This document shows positions 1 through 11,373 of a stretch of 64,000 nt of DNA, piece by piece. How positions within the stretch are numbered: the stretch's first letter is position 1; each line of letters opens with the position of its first letter. A program made the position numbers and the translations under genes. The DNA is from a virus (lineage: Duplodnaviria > Caudoviricetes), in IMG/VR virus record IMGVR_UViG_3300031857_000014; one strand, given 5' to 3'. Under the pieces are notes generated by a model. That model worked only from the letters and a program-made list of their open reading frames with translations. It did not search any database and was not told where the DNA came from.

Positions 1-1400
1 CCACTTATAGTATTTGCACCACCGATTTGAATTCTGGTAAGTGTTTTTGGTAATGAAGAAAGTAAACCTGTTATAGTGTGGCCCGATGTTTCGTAACCTT
101 CTTCATTATCAATTGTAAGTTCCACCAATGGTCTTCCGCTAAGACTACTTGTATTTCCACTAACAATACTTTGTCCATATATATTAAGACTTGTTATTCC
201 TGTCGGTACATTTGCAATATCACCAAACATATATGCAGAACCTTGTATACCAAAATTTGTCATTCCTGTTGGTATGTGGCTCGTAGATCCTGAAATAGTA
301 TTAAAACCATATATTCTACTAATTTGAAGTGATCTTGGGTAATCCGAAATTAGACCCGTTACTGTATTAACACCCCAAATATCAAGTACTGTTACTCCGG
401 TAGGGAATTGATTTGTGTTACCTGTTATATATACTCCGGTATAAAATCTACCATCCGTTAGATTTCTTGGTAAATCAGCGGTGCCACCACTAATATACGC
501 GTTATTAATTGTTAATGTTAATGTGGTTGGGGATAACCTTCCCGGTAATTGAGATACAAGTCCTGTTGTTTTACCATGAGTTCTAGTTATATATAATCTA
601 GCCCTTTCTAATTTTCTCGCTTCGGATGTATCTACCGTGTATGCATTTGTTGTTGGGGTGGCGGCGGATATATCGAATCTTTCTACGTCACTTAAATCAA
701 TAGATTTTAATTTCACTAAACCAGTATATGGACTTGAATACGTGTGAGATACAGTTGTAGAACCGCCAGTTGTGGTATATATATTCTCATCACCATCACC
801 CCAATTTATCGCCAAACGATTCGTATATGACTCTAAATTAATTTGATTAAATGATGTTATCGATGTTGCAGAGAACACCATTGTTTCATAAACTGTTGTT
901 GAACCAGTTACGGTACAACCAGATACTGAAGTATCAGTAACACTAACAGTGTATGTTCCACCAGATAATCCCGTAATAGTCTGACCTGTTTGACCATTAT
1001 TCCACAAGATAGAAACAGGACCATGATTTTTTGTATATGTTACAGTTGCACTTGCGGTTCCACCAGATGTTAAAATTTCTGTTGACGAGACACTAATTTC
1101 TAAATCACAATCATTTATAAGTCCATTATAAACAGTCGTTGCCGAGAATTCACAATATTCACCGCCACAATCAGGTTCATTTACTAAAACTTGATATAAT
1201 TGTTCTTTACATCCTTCATCAGATACAATTCTTAACCAAATAGTATTGTACGATGCTTTATACGTATCATCTACAGTAAATGAACAAGAAGTTGTTTGTG
1301 CGCTACAAATAATTCCACTTGTTGAACCTGATGTACTTCCAGTATACACATTGTGTGGATATATTGTTGGTTGAAACTGTATTGATACTAAATTTGACAT
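1..1400 (-). CDS. Partial adhesin-like virion protein (SprB-like repeat, PKD-like domain, 22-aa LRR-like repeats); runs off the left edge
   Basis: Hand translation from ATG at 1400 (MSNLVSIQFQPTIY...) stays open to position 1 (at least 466 aa). Contains WNNGQTGQTITGLSGGTYTVSVTD, AINWGDG...SHTYSS and repeated LPxxLTxLxIxGxNTISG. Missing from the ORF track because no stop lies in the window. Confidence 0.85.
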   Translation of the reverse strand, partial: MSNLVSIQFQPTIYPHNVYTGSTSGSTSGIICSAQTTSCSFTVDDTYKASYNTIWLRIVSDEGCKEQLYQVLVNEPDCGGEYCEFSATTVYNGLINDCDLEISVSSTEILTSGGTASATVTYTKNHGPVSILWNNGQTGQTITGLSGGTYTVSVTDTSVSGCTVTGSTTVYETMVFSATSITSFNQINLESYTNRLAINWGDGDENIYTTTGGSTTVSHTYSSPYTGLVKLKSIDLSDVERFDISAATPTTNAYTVDTSEARKLERARLYITRTHGKTTGLVSQLPGRLSPTTLTLTINNAYISGGTADLPRNLTDGRFYTGVYITGNTNQFPTGVTVLDIWGVNTVTGLISDYPRSLQISRIYGFNTISGSTSHIPTGMTNFGIQGSAYMFGDIANVPTGITSLNIYGQSIVSGNTSSLSGRPLVELTIDNEEGYETSGHTITGLLSSLPKTLTRIQIGGANTIS

Positions 1401-1419
1401 TTATATTTTATTTTTTTTA

Positions 1420-3732
1420 TTATGTACATCCTGATAACACTGTTGCACCCGAATCTAAATATTCTACTTTTATTGAGTATGTGTCCACAGTTAATCCACT
1501 GAAAATACCACTATAATAATTATTAAACGGTGGACTATACGTATCAAAATCATCAACATTCAATCCAGAATCTAACGCAGATACTTTGATTGTTGCAATA
1601 TTTGGGTTATTTTTTACTGAATCAACTATATTGACTTCATAATTTATTTGCGTTGTGCTTGGCGATGTCTTTGTAATTGTTGGACAAGTTAATGTATATG
1701 TAATTGGACAACCTGACACCCCTTCATATGTACTACCAGTTGCAACAGTATCAGGAAATGGTGCGATATATTGATCAAGATTAGATGTATTATCTATAAT
1801 TGTACCTGTTGGTAAACCTGTGTTTATATTATATAATTGTAGTTCATCTACAACAACATTACCAGTATTACTATTACCAACACTGTTATTATAAAAAACT
1901 ATTTTACCATCTGTATTCCATGAACCACCACCCCAATAAGGATTACCACCATCCGGACCCATTAAACTATTATTACCATATTCATCAGTCACTATATCTA
2001 ATCTCTGTAAGGTATAACCTGTTATCAATCTTTTAATTTCAAAAGTATCTCTATCTACTTCGTATGTTTTTTTAATTGCGGTTACGTCTCCATTTACGTT
2101 ATTTGTAATCGCGACTCCAAAATATAGTTTATCAGAAACAGGGTCAATTGAAAAATATACCACAGGTCTAGAATCTGAATATTTTGATTCCATAACATTT
2201 TTGAAATCAAATATTTTCAATACTGTTGCGGATTCATAGTTTGAACTTGGTTGAAATACCCATGTAAATCCTCCACCGATATCACTAACATATACTTTAT
2301 TTTTAACTTTGTCATAAAATATACTTTGCCAATACCTACCACCCAAACCAGTAGTACCAGTTGTACTTTGACCTGTTAATATAATTGTTGATTGATAATT
2401 AAAATCACTGTCAAATATATAGATATTACCAGTCGAACTTGCACCTGCGGAAGATACAAACCAATATCTCGTTTCACTTAAAGTAGTTCCTGTATTAACT
2501 TCAACACCAACAGGAACAAATCCCGCAAAGAAATGGTCAAACTCAGTTAATCCAGACAAAACAGTTGGTGTTGTTCCACTTGGATTAATTCTATCAACTC
2601 TTATCAAATCAGTATGAGTTGCAGTAACTGCCGATGTTGAACCTACAAAAATGTTACTATATATATAATTGTCAGTATAAAATAATAATCCTCTCTTATA
2701 ATCGGTATTACTACCATATGGAATATGTTGAATAGTGTTTCCCGTAATATCGTAAATAATCATACCATTTACCACTGTTGGTGCCGGACCATCACTTTTA
2801 CCAACAAAATAAATTCTTTTATATATTGTGTCTATAAATGTACTATATAATTTATTTGCTCTAAGATGACTAGTATATCCTGTAGCACCTGTAATATATG
2901 TGACAGCACTTTCACTTGTATTTCCTGTAGATGGGTTAAACCAATAAATGTTACCATCAAGATAATTATCCGCATCGGCAACCCAAACTTTATCTGTATC
3001 ACTATCGTACCATACATTATATGGTGTAGAAATTCCTGTTAATTGATATGTAATTTCAAATTCAGGTTCAACTTCACAGTAATAAGTATACGGTCTCCAT
3101 TCATAACCCGCACCTCCACTACAACATAAACATATTGATTTAACTTCAAATCCACCTTGTCTTTTTGGTTGATTTAAATAACAAGGACAGTTATCTGTTG
3201 TACCAGTTAAAAAACCATCACTATGTACAACAAAGAAGTAAATTAATGTTGGTGTTTCGGTTTCACCAGATGTTTGATAAATTACCTTAGTTGACGGATT
3301 AGTCGTTGCTGTTGTTATAAATGTCGCACCAGTTATATGGTGTGTTGTTCCGGAATATATGTAATATGAATTAGGAATACCGTTTATTACTGATGAATGA
3401 TTACCATTCGGTGATGTTAAATCAATTAATTGGATTTGATAATCACCACAACTACAAGTACTAGCAGAAATAGTAAAATTAATATGGTCATAACAATCAT
3501 AAAATTTACTATCGTGTGTTACTATCTGAGTAATCACATATTGACCCGTAATTAAATCTGTTAATTTAACATAATAAAGAGTATCAAATTCTAAATTACC
3601 TATTGTAACATTATTTGTTCCCGCACTTTGAAAACTATGAAACGTATATGTACCTGCATAGGTATTTGTCCTATACTCTACTTTATAGTTGTGTGTGAAT
3701 GTTACATTATATATTCTTACGTTTAATCCCAT
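1420..3732 (-). CDS. Putative virion fibre/receptor-binding protein with beta-propeller and Ig/FN3-like ends
   Basis: 770 aa, Thr/Gly/Tyr-rich. Propeller-type blades YDSDTDKVWVAD, DTIYKRIYFV, YDKVKNKVYVSD, IDPVSDKLYFG. FN3-like N-terminus (IGNLEFDTLYYVKL) and C-terminus (FSGLTVDTYSIKV). Confidence 0.6.
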   Translation of the reverse strand: MGLNVRIYNVTFTHNYKVEYRTNTYAGTYTFHSFQSAGTNNVTIGNLEFDTLYYVKLTDLITGQYVITQIVTHDSKFYDCYDHINFTISASTCSCGDYQIQLIDLTSPNGNHSSVINGIPNSYYIYSGTTHHITGATFITTATTNPSTKVIYQTSGETETPTLIYFFVVHSDGFLTGTTDNCPCYLNQPKRQGGFEVKSICLCCSGGAGYEWRPYTYYCEVEPEFEITYQLTGISTPYNVWYDSDTDKVWVADADNYLDGNIYWFNPSTGNTSESAVTYITGATGYTSHLRANKLYSTFIDTIYKRIYFVGKSDGPAPTVVNGMIIYDITGNTIQHIPYGSNTDYKRGLLFYTDNYIYSNIFVGSTSAVTATHTDLIRVDRINPSGTTPTVLSGLTEFDHFFAGFVPVGVEVNTGTTLSETRYWFVSSAGASSTGNIYIFDSDFNYQSTIILTGQSTTGTTGLGGRYWQSIFYDKVKNKVYVSDIGGGFTWVFQPSSNYESATVLKIFDFKNVMESKYSDSRPVVYFSIDPVSDKLYFGVAITNNVNGDVTAIKKTYEVDRDTFEIKRLITGYTLQRLDIVTDEYGNNSLMGPDGGNPYWGGGSWNTDGKIVFYNNSVGNSNTGNVVVDELQLYNINTGLPTGTIIDNTSNLDQYIAPFPDTVATGSTYEGVSGCPITYTLTCPTITKTSPSTTQINYEVNIVDSVKNNPNIATIKVSALDSGLNVDDFDTYSPPFNNYYSGIFSGLTVDTYSIKVEYLDSGATVLSGCT

Positions 3733-3751
3733 TATTAGAATTTATATTTTT

Positions 3752-6700
3752 TTAAGTTATTACTTCATAGTTACAAGCAACTGTACAATTATTTGAACCT
3801 GTTGGTACAACAGTTATAGCAGCAAAACCACTACTACCAGCTAAAATTTTATATACTGTGGTTTGTGGTGCGGGACTACCGATTTGAATCGCATAACTGT
3901 TTATTGTTAGTGTTGTATACGAACCAACAACTATTTGACCCACATTACTTCCACAATCATCACAAGACCTCATTTCTGCCAAATAAATATATGTTGGTGA
4001 AATAGAAGTCGCTGTTGGTGTTGGCGTTGGCGTCGCAGTAGGTGTAGGTGTTGGCGTCGGTGTTGTTGTTGCTTTAGGTGGTATTGTTGGTGTTGGTGTT
4101 ATAGTTGGTGTCGGTGTTGGTGTTGGTGTATTTGTTGGTGTTGGTGTAGGTGTACTAGTCGGTGTATTAGTTGGTGTTGGTGTTGCAGTTGGAGTCGGAG
4201 TTGGTGTTGGGGTTGGAGTTGGTGTTGGAACAACACATGTAACAACAGGTGTTCCTGTACAAGTACCGGTATAAATAGGTCTTGCCAACGAACCAACTGC
4301 AGGAACTGTTGAACAATTTTCACTGTCAGTATAGAATTGTTCAGCACTGAATGACAACGATGTGTTATGTAATTGATAATTATGTTGTACAATTGGTTGG
4401 TGGTCATCATTACCATTAAACACAACTAAATCACCGATTGACTGTCCTGTCACATTAAAATTATAATAAAAACTAAAGTCACAATAATTTAAATCAACCG
4501 CAATAACTTCTATTGGGTAACCATTTCTATCAATTAAGAAATCGCCTCTGTAATATTTGTAATAATCCTCAGGATAATCACAACAAGGTTCAATTGGTTC
4601 GTCTTGTCTAACTTGTAAATCTTCAGGAAATCTTTCATCAAAGAAATAGTTTGTATTAATTACACTACCATTGCTAATAATTTTATTTGTATAAACTCTA
4701 AATTTACTAGTTGGTAAAACTTCAAACACTGTATATGTGTTGTTTACAGTTAAACCGGTAATTAATGATTTTTTAATTGAACTTAAACAATCGATGTGAT
4801 TCACATAACCAACTGAATAATCGTAACTAAATGAATATCCACTTTCAGGTGCAACAACAAATGAATGATTAGATAAACTTGTACACGGTTTATATTCCGC
4901 CATTATTAACCAATTAGTAATATTAATATCTTGTACGTTAACAATTTCTAATTCACCAGATATTAAAAAATCTTCTAAAGTTTGATTAGTGAAAGTTCCA
5001 TTAGCAAATTCCAATAAGACATTAGCAATATTACTTTGTTCAATTCTTATTATTTTAGAATCGTTTTTAAGTCCGTAATTGTACGAACTTAATATTTCAG
5101 TATTTGATACTAATGTATATCCAGTATAATCGTCACACCATGTCACGCCAGTCTGTAAATCAATATCATATCCTTCATTGTTATCATAAGAAGAAATATA
5201 AAATTCTTGATAATGGCTTCTAGCCGGAACATATGGGTCGTGTTCCGCCTTTAATTGCCAACCTTTAAAACGAACTCTAGATTCACAATTCGCTCCGTCT
5301 AAAACACTAATGGTAAAATCGTCATTTTCTGTAACGCCTGTTATTTGAAAAGTACATCCACTTATGTATTGTAAACTATATCCCGAAACAAAATTTATGT
5401 TTAAGTTAGTTCCGGTTAAACAATCTGTGTATATATGTACCGGCCAACCATCTTGACTATTTTGTAATCCAACCGCATTTTCTAATTCAATTACTAAATT
5501 ACCGGTTAATAAACAATCTTCAGTGCCTCCTTCATAAACATCACAACCACTTATTAAATTTACGTTTAACCCACAAGTTGATGGTGTAGTCAAATATTCC
5601 GCATTAAACATATAGTCTAAATAATCGTTTACTGAACAATCATTTGTACCATATTTTATAGATGTTATTTCTATTTTATCAATACCGTCTGTATCTACAA
5701 AAATATTATAAGTTAAAAGTGGTTTAGGTACTTGTGGACATGAACTATTTCCCGTTTCTGCGGTATATGGAGCATAACTATCAATACAACCGGGTTCATC
5801 CATAGTTTCTGAAGTATTGATATAATCATCAATTAAATTTGATAATGCGGTTATCCATAATTGTTTGATTTTCGTTACGTCAGGATTAATATATTGTTTG
5901 TAATCACAAATTAACGCCAAATTTACTGGATCATTATTTGTTAAACTGGTACATCCTGTCATAGGGAATGGGTCAAATAATTGAGCACTATTTGTTGTGT
6001 TTGATGTCCCACTTATTATAACAGAATAATTTGTTCCTGAATAAACAACATCATCAATAATGATTACAGGATAATAAGTTACTCCGGTCAACTTAATTAA
6101 ACCTCTAAAATTTTCTTCTGAACCTAATAATGTTTCTAAATCTTCTTCAATCGCTGTTTCAAAATCAGGAAATAATTCTTCAATAAACTTTTTAGGTTGA
6201 CAACCAAATCTATATGGATATTTTGGTCTACCTAATACACCATTATCAATCACATTTCCACCTAACCATTGTGTTGTAGCAGGAATAAACTGGTCAATCA
6301 TTTGTGTCCAGTATGGACTCATTCGATTTATATATTCTTCTACGTCAATAAAATTAAATGGGGTATATGTTGTTCTTGAAAGATAATCTCTAAAGACATC
6401 TTCCAATATTATATAATTCTTTTTATATCTTATTTTATGTGAGTTCTTTATAAGTCTACTTAAAACTTCATTTAGATACTCAGCAAAAGTTACTCCTGTT
6501 TGTGGATATAATGTTGTGGTACCGAATGTTAATTCTAAGTTTCTAGATTTTCTATAGATGTCATAATCAACAGTTCTTGATGCTGAAAGATACAGTTGTA
6601 TGTTTTTTCTATTTAAAACAAAATATGAACTTTCACCAAAAATTTCACTCTTTCTATTATCTATATCCGCTTCTAATTCATAACCAGTATCTAATCCAGG

Positions 6701-8509
6701 TAATGTTCTAAAAACATCAAAGTATTCTTCACCATATGTATATGGTTTCATTTTTGTCTTTAATGTTTTTGTTCTACCAGTTGTAATTGAATTATCAACA
6801 TCAAGTATATCTCTCGATCTATGGTCAATTGTTATATCATACCAACCTGCACCTTTTTCAAAAAAGATGTCGTTTGCTTCACTAAACGCTTTTCTTGGAT
6901 AACCTGTACCTTCTTCAACAGGATACTCATCTCTAGTATATGTTGTTGAAGAAGTAATTACTGTATTAGTATATGTGTACGCACTTGGAATAAATGTTGC
7001 AGTCGTTAAATTTTTGACACCTAATGTTACATCATAAATGTCTTGGTCAATATCAAACGATTTTGGAAATGATGTTACATTATAAACATATTCATCAAAT
7101 TGAATCATTGGTTCAGGTGCACCGATAAATTTTAAGAAAAATTCAATACATGATCTTGTTCCTTTTGATTTATATAAGTAAGCAAGATTAATGAGTATTC
7201 TTCTGTAAAATTCATATTCTGCTTCAATTTGATTATACCCTAAATTAACTCCGGTGTACTGTGAATCAATTCTTGTATATAAAATTTGGTCTAAGCTTTG
7301 TTCATCAAATAATTTAATTGTTGATAGACCTAACGTATTTGCTAAATTTTTTAAAAGTACGTCTGGTAAATTATTAATACCATCATAAGACACATTACGC
7401 ATGTACGCGATATTGTCAATATATTTTTTTACTGTATCAAAACTTTGTCCATACAACTGAAAAACAGATTCCGCCTTCTTTTCTTCTGTATCAAACTCAT
7501 AAAGTTGAGGTGATGACATAAATCTAACAAATAAGTTAGATTTATAATCGTCTATTTGGTCTGCAACATCAATTAAATCTGTGACATATTTTTCATAATT
7601 AACACCAAGTATTTCAATATTCCATCCATCTCTCGATATTGGCCAATTATATTCTACTGTTGCTAAAATGGTTTTTGAATTATCGGAATTGTCTTTAGGT
7701 ATTAAAAACGGAGCGTTATATTTTGGTGTGGTTTCTCTATTTAATAATATTTCTTCTAAATCATCTAAACCATTAAAAAATTCTTCCGTTATTGAATCAG
7801 TTGGTCTAATCAAATAATTTCCCGTATATGCTGTAAGATTAGGGAAAGGTTGACCATTTACCTTGATTTTTATTTTATTTACCGCATTTGGTTCTACGTA
7901 ATTTATAATACCATATGTTACACCATTTATATCAATCACATAATTTTTATATGAAGAATAAAAATTTCTTATTTCATTATCTGAGTCTGGTATAATGTTA
8001 CTTTTTGGTGTAGAAAAAACAACATCAATTGGATTAAAAAACAACGATGTTTGTATAAAGAATTCAGTGGTTTTTAAATTATTGTCATAAACAATATTTT
8101 CCGCACTATAAGGACTCGCACTAGATGGTTTATTTTTATCAACTAAAACCGCTGCCGGATATTTTTTTATTATTCTTGATAATGAAACTAATAATCTTTC
8201 TTTTAAGGAACCAAATAAAGATTTACCCGCATCATTCTTACTACCTTTAAATTTTACTTCTTCTTCTTTTTGTTTTTTAGACTGAGTTGTTACTGATTTG
8301 GTTTCCTCCTTTAAATCATCAAGAGTTAAAAAATCTGAGAATGTACCTGTTCTAAATTTTTTACTGTCTTTTTCAGGGATAACTTTATCTAAAATAAAAT
8401 TAGTATTAGTTAATTGACTAGTACCATCGGTAATTTGATTACCAACTAAACTATCACTGAATGTTTGTGCCCCACTTGCGGCTTTACTTGGTACTATATA
8501 TTTGGCCAT
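3752..8509 (-). CDS. Large baseplate wedge-like structural protein with C-terminal Pro-Thr linker
   Basis: 1585 aa. [10 protein letters not shown]...[27 protein letters not shown] resembles the P2 gpI/T4 gp7-type wedge motif. Lies in the baseplate cluster. Confidence 0.6.
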   Translation of the reverse strand: MAKYIVPSKAASGAQTFSDSLVGNQITDGTSQLTNTNFILDKVIPEKDSKKFRTGTFSDFLTLDDLKEETKSVTTQSKKQKEEEVKFKGSKNDAGKSLFGSLKERLLVSLSRIIKKYPAAVLVDKNKPSSASPYSAENIVYDNNLKTTEFFIQTSLFFNPIDVVFSTPKSNIIPDSDNEIRNFYSSYKNYVIDINGVTYGIINYVEPNAVNKIKIKVNGQPFPNLTAYTGNYLIRPTDSITEEFFNGLDDLEEILLNRETTPKYNAPFLIPKDNSDNSKTILATVEYNWPISRDGWNIEILGVNYEKYVTDLIDVADQIDDYKSNLFVRFMSSPQLYEFDTEEKKAESVFQLYGQSFDTVKKYIDNIAYMRNVSYDGINNLPDVLLKNLANTLGLSTIKLFDEQSLDQILYTRIDSQYTGVNLGYNQIEAEYEFYRRILINLAYLYKSKGTRSCIEFFLKFIGAPEPMIQFDEYVYNVTSFPKSFDIDQDIYDVTLGVKNLTTATFIPSAYTYTNTVITSSTTYTRDEYPVEEGTGYPRKAFSEANDIFFEKGAGWYDITIDHRSRDILDVDNSITTGRTKTLKTKMKPYTYGEEYFDVFRTLPGLDTGYELEADIDNRKSEIFGESSYFVLNRKNIQLYLSASRTVDYDIYRKSRNLELTFGTTTLYPQTGVTFAEYLNEVLSRLIKNSHKIRYKKNYIILEDVFRDYLSRTTYTPFNFIDVEEYINRMSPYWTQMIDQFIPATTQWLGGNVIDNGVLGRPKYPYRFGCQPKKFIEELFPDFETAIEEDLETLLGSEENFRGLIKLTGVTYYPVIIIDDVVYSGTNYSVIISGTSNTTNSAQLFDPFPMTGCTSLTNNDPVNLALICDYKQYINPDVTKIKQLWITALSNLIDDYINTSETMDEPGCIDSYAPYTAETGNSSCPQVPKPLLTYNIFVDTDGIDKIEITSIKYGTNDCSVNDYLDYMFNAEYLTTPSTCGLNVNLISGCDVYEGGTEDCLLTGNLVIELENAVGLQNSQDGWPVHIYTDCLTGTNLNINFVSGYSLQYISGCTFQITGVTENDDFTISVLDGANCESRVRFKGWQLKAEHDPYVPARSHYQEFYISSYDNNEGYDIDLQTGVTWCDDYTGYTLVSNTEILSSYNYGLKNDSKIIRIEQSNIANVLLEFANGTFTNQTLEDFLISGELEIVNVQDINITNWLIMAEYKPCTSLSNHSFVVAPESGYSFSYDYSVGYVNHIDCLSSIKKSLITGLTVNNTYTVFEVLPTSKFRVYTNKIISNGSVINTNYFFDERFPEDLQVRQDEPIEPCCDYPEDYYKYYRGDFLIDRNGYPIEVIAVDLNYCDFSFYYNFNVTGQSIGDLVVFNGNDDHQPIVQHNYQLHNTSLSFSAEQFYTDSENCSTVPAVGSLARPIYTGTCTGTPVVTCVVPTPTPTPTPTPTPTATPTPTNTPTSTPTPTPTNTPTPTPTPTITPTPTIPPKATTTPTPTPTPTATPTPTPTATSISPTYIYLAEMRSCDDCGSNVGQIVVGSYTTLTINSYAIQIGSPAPQTTVYKILAGSSGFAAITVVPTGSNNCTVACNYEVIT
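4011..4230 (-). repeat. (Pro-Thr)n coding repeat
   Basis: Degenerate GGTGTT hexamers encoding about 70 aa of PTPTPT. Confidence 0.95.
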
Positions 8510-9429
8510 TATATTGTTGTAATAGTGTCAAAGTTTAGTGTTTCGTCAATATCTGTTCTCTGTTCACGAACTTCGTACAACGTTTCGTTAAATTCATCCT
8601 TAACTTCATATAGGTTGTATTGCTTATAGATATTGTTGTTATTATCATAAATCGTATAAATACCGGAAGATACCGCCTTAGTTTGATTACCATACAACGC
8701 ATTCGCCAATGTAGACGCATCATGTTCAACCATTTCTATCTCAATAGTTGTTGGGTTCACAAAAGTATTTGTAAGTATAATTTTTTGTGATGGTGAACCA
8801 ATAAATGGTACTGTATTAGGTTTATTTGACGGAGCGGATGATGGTGTTACAGTTAAAAACATCAAATTTGTCGCTTGTTCGGTATATTGATACCTTATAG
8901 ATTTTTGTGTCGTACTTGTTAGATTTGATACAATAGGTGTACAATAAAAAGATGATGTAACTATTCTATAAAAGTTAGGTATTTTCTTATTATCTACCGT
9001 GTTTATATATTCAACTCTATATCCAACTAATCCTTGAGGTGTAAATTTATTCCTATCTTCAGATGGTATGTTACTTAAGTCAATAATTAGTCCTCTTACC
9101 GATGGTAATGACGCCAAAATACCGCAATCAGAAATCGTAGTTCTGATTTGTTTTGGTCTAATATGTAGTGTATATATACCTAAATCTGAAAAGTCATCTG
9201 CACTTAATTTTAAATTATATAAACCACCCAAAATTTCAACATTAGGTGCATTTGTGTCATTTGTTGTATTTGCATTATGAAAAACAGGGGTCAATATATC
9301 CTCTGAATTTAATTTTTTCATTGTTACCGGTGAAGTAGATGTCCTTTCAGAAACATAATGAAATATTATTTCAACATCCGCTGGTGAAACATCTGAAGGT
9401 CTTACTATACCATATGATCCTACTGCCAT
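8509..9429 (-). CDS. Hypothetical, probably virion structural protein
   Basis: 306 aa ORF coupled to the downstream gene by a TAATG overlap. Preceded by TATTTAT (9442-9448). Confidence 0.5.
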   Translation of the reverse strand: MAVGSYGIVRPSDVSPADVEIIFHYVSERTSTSPVTMKKLNSEDILTPVFHNANTTNDTNAPNVEILGGLYNLKLSADDFSDLGIYTLHIRPKQIRTTISDCGILASLPSVRGLIIDLSNIPSEDRNKFTPQGLVGYRVEYINTVDNKKIPNFYRIVTSSFYCTPIVSNLTSTTQKSIRYQYTEQATNLMFLTVTPSSAPSNKPNTVPFIGSPSQKIILTNTFVNPTTIEIEMVEHDASTLANALYGNQTKAVSSGIYTIYDNNNNIYKQYNLYEVKDEFNETLYEVREQRTDIDETLNFDTITTI

Positions 9430-9454
9430 AAACTTTTATTAATAAATATGATTT

Positions 9455-10573
9455 TTATTGTTTTTTTACATTAAAAAATCCATTTCCATACAAGTCAAGT
9501 TCTCCAACATTATCAATTTCACATAATCTTAAATTATTTTCCAAAGGTGATTGTTTACCTCTTTCAATAAAAATGTCAGAATAGACTGTTGGTTCATCTA
9601 TAAAACCAAGGAAATGTTCATTTCTTGTTATCAAATTATTGAATATTTCTTCTTTTGTATACCCTGATGTTGACCCGGTTATCATAGTATACCCATCACT
9701 ATAATCGGTATAATATAAACCATCAATTGTATACGCACTATATCCTATACCATTATTCGTACCTGTTGTTACTCCACTATATGTGTTTGACCCATATAAT
9801 TTCAATTCAGAAATTCTACTTTTACCAATTGCAGCAAACGATATTGTGGTATATCCAGTATATCCTTGAACATAATCATAATCATTTAAATAATCAATTG
9901 TTTGTCCCGTATTAATTGTAAATGGTATGGTAAATCCACTGAAAGTACCTAAAGGATTTGCAACTGAAATATTTTTAGGTATTGTTACTAATTTACTTAA
10001 TTTCTGTTTAGACCAAGGTGAATCTAAAGTTATTGATATAGTATATCCTGACGATGTTGAATATGTATGTGTTAATGATGGTAATGACGCTGATGGTGTT
10101 CCGTCTGTTATTGTAATTCCGGATACACTTCCATCACCCCAATTAATTGTATATGTTTGTTCTTTTAATGTTCTTAAAACTAAAGGGTCTGAGGTATTAT
10201 ATACTTGTATAGTTGAACCTGTTTGAGTGTAAGAAAAATTACATAATTGATTCATTTGAGTAATATTACCATCAAACCCAACCATTACACCCATTTCATC
10301 AACACTACTTTCTAAAAAAATAGGTACATAATAATCATAACCAGTGTTACCAGTATATGTTACCCAAGTAGTTCCATTCCATCTATAATAACCACTAGTG
10401 ACTGTACCTCCACTTACATTAAAATATGTTGTACCGGTTTCAGGTGATAAGTTTGTACCTCCTGACCACGGAAATAAATTACCAAAACTATCAAACCAAT
10501 ATTGTCCTGTTAATGAATGTAGCTTAACTTTTGGTATTTGATTTATTAATATTTTATACGTATTTTTTTCCAT
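9455..10573 (-). CDS. Structural protein with PKD-like domain
   Basis: 372 aa. YTINWGDG...SLTHTYSTSSGYTISIT. Very rich in [S/T]GxT. Confidence 0.55.
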   Translation of the reverse strand: MEKNTYKILINQIPKVKLHSLTGQYWFDSFGNLFPWSGGTNLSPETGTTYFNVSGGTVTSGYYRWNGTTWVTYTGNTGYDYYVPIFLESSVDEMGVMVGFDGNITQMNQLCNFSYTQTGSTIQVYNTSDPLVLRTLKEQTYTINWGDGSVSGITITDGTPSASLPSLTHTYSTSSGYTISITLDSPWSKQKLSKLVTIPKNISVANPLGTFSGFTIPFTINTGQTIDYLNDYDYVQGYTGYTTISFAAIGKSRISELKLYGSNTYSGVTTGTNNGIGYSAYTIDGLYYTDYSDGYTMITGSTSGYTKEEIFNNLITRNEHFLGFIDEPTVYSDIFIERGKQSPLENNLRLCEIDNVGELDLYGNGFFNVKKQ

Positions 10574-10575
10574 TT

Positions 10576-11373
10576 TTACATTTTCTCATAAAATATTATT
10601 GGGTCATGAGCTTCACCAATTCTTGTTCCTGTGGTTCCACTAGTATATCTATACACTTCATAAGAATAATCTGAACGATTTATTTGCATTTTATAATACA
10701 TGTCTCTTGGCTCAATTACTTGTTGATTCATTGTTAATCCCGTTGTGGTAAAATCTAAAATAGTACCGTCTTTAGCATTATAAAATTTAGCGGTCATATA
10801 AAATGTGTTACCAGTTAAATTTGTTTCATTAAATGCTGAATCGTCACTAAACCAAAACAAATACATATTTTCTTTATTTTTATAGTTTGAACCCATAAAA
10901 ACAGGTAAATGAATAAATCCATTCAACGTAGTGTACAAATATTTTTCACCTAATGGTAACGCCAAATTTTTTGCAAAAACTAGTCTTCTATTTGTTCTGT
11001 CGGGTATATCGCCATTTGGTGTTTTATAAAATTCTAATCTAAAAAAACTTTCGGTTGACTGTTTCAACATTAATTCGTTCTCTTTAGCTGTTATTCCAAC
11101 TAGTTCATAATCTAATCCGTTTGTGTATCCTGTTCCTGTTGAATCAATAAAATAAAAATAAAACCATATGTCTGTTTGTGAGACACCGTTTGATGAGGTA
11201 TATGGTTTATGTATATACCGCATAGTTTCATAATTTTCAATCGGATTAATAATACTTAATAAAGTTTCTCTTTCTAATTCTTGAAAATTTTCTTGCCAAC
11301 CTAAATCAGTTTTAAATTGGTTTTCAGTATTCAATAAAATATTTTGGTCTTCCGTTTTTCTAAGAATTTCCAT
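10576..11373 (-). CDS. Hypothetical protein (structural cluster)
   Basis: 265 aa ORF tightly packed in the baseplate operon. Confidence 0.5.
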   Translation of the reverse strand: MEILRKTEDQNILLNTENQFKTDLGWQENFQELERETLLSIINPIENYETMRYIHKPYTSSNGVSQTDIWFYFYFIDSTGTGYTNGLDYELVGITAKENELMLKQSTESFFRLEFYKTPNGDIPDRTNRRLVFAKNLALPLGEKYLYTTLNGFIHLPVFMGSNYKNKENMYLFWFSDDSAFNETNLTGNTFYMTAKFYNAKDGTILDFTTTGLTMNQQVIEPRDMYYKMQINRSDYSYEVYRYTSGTTGTRIGEAHDPIIFYEKM

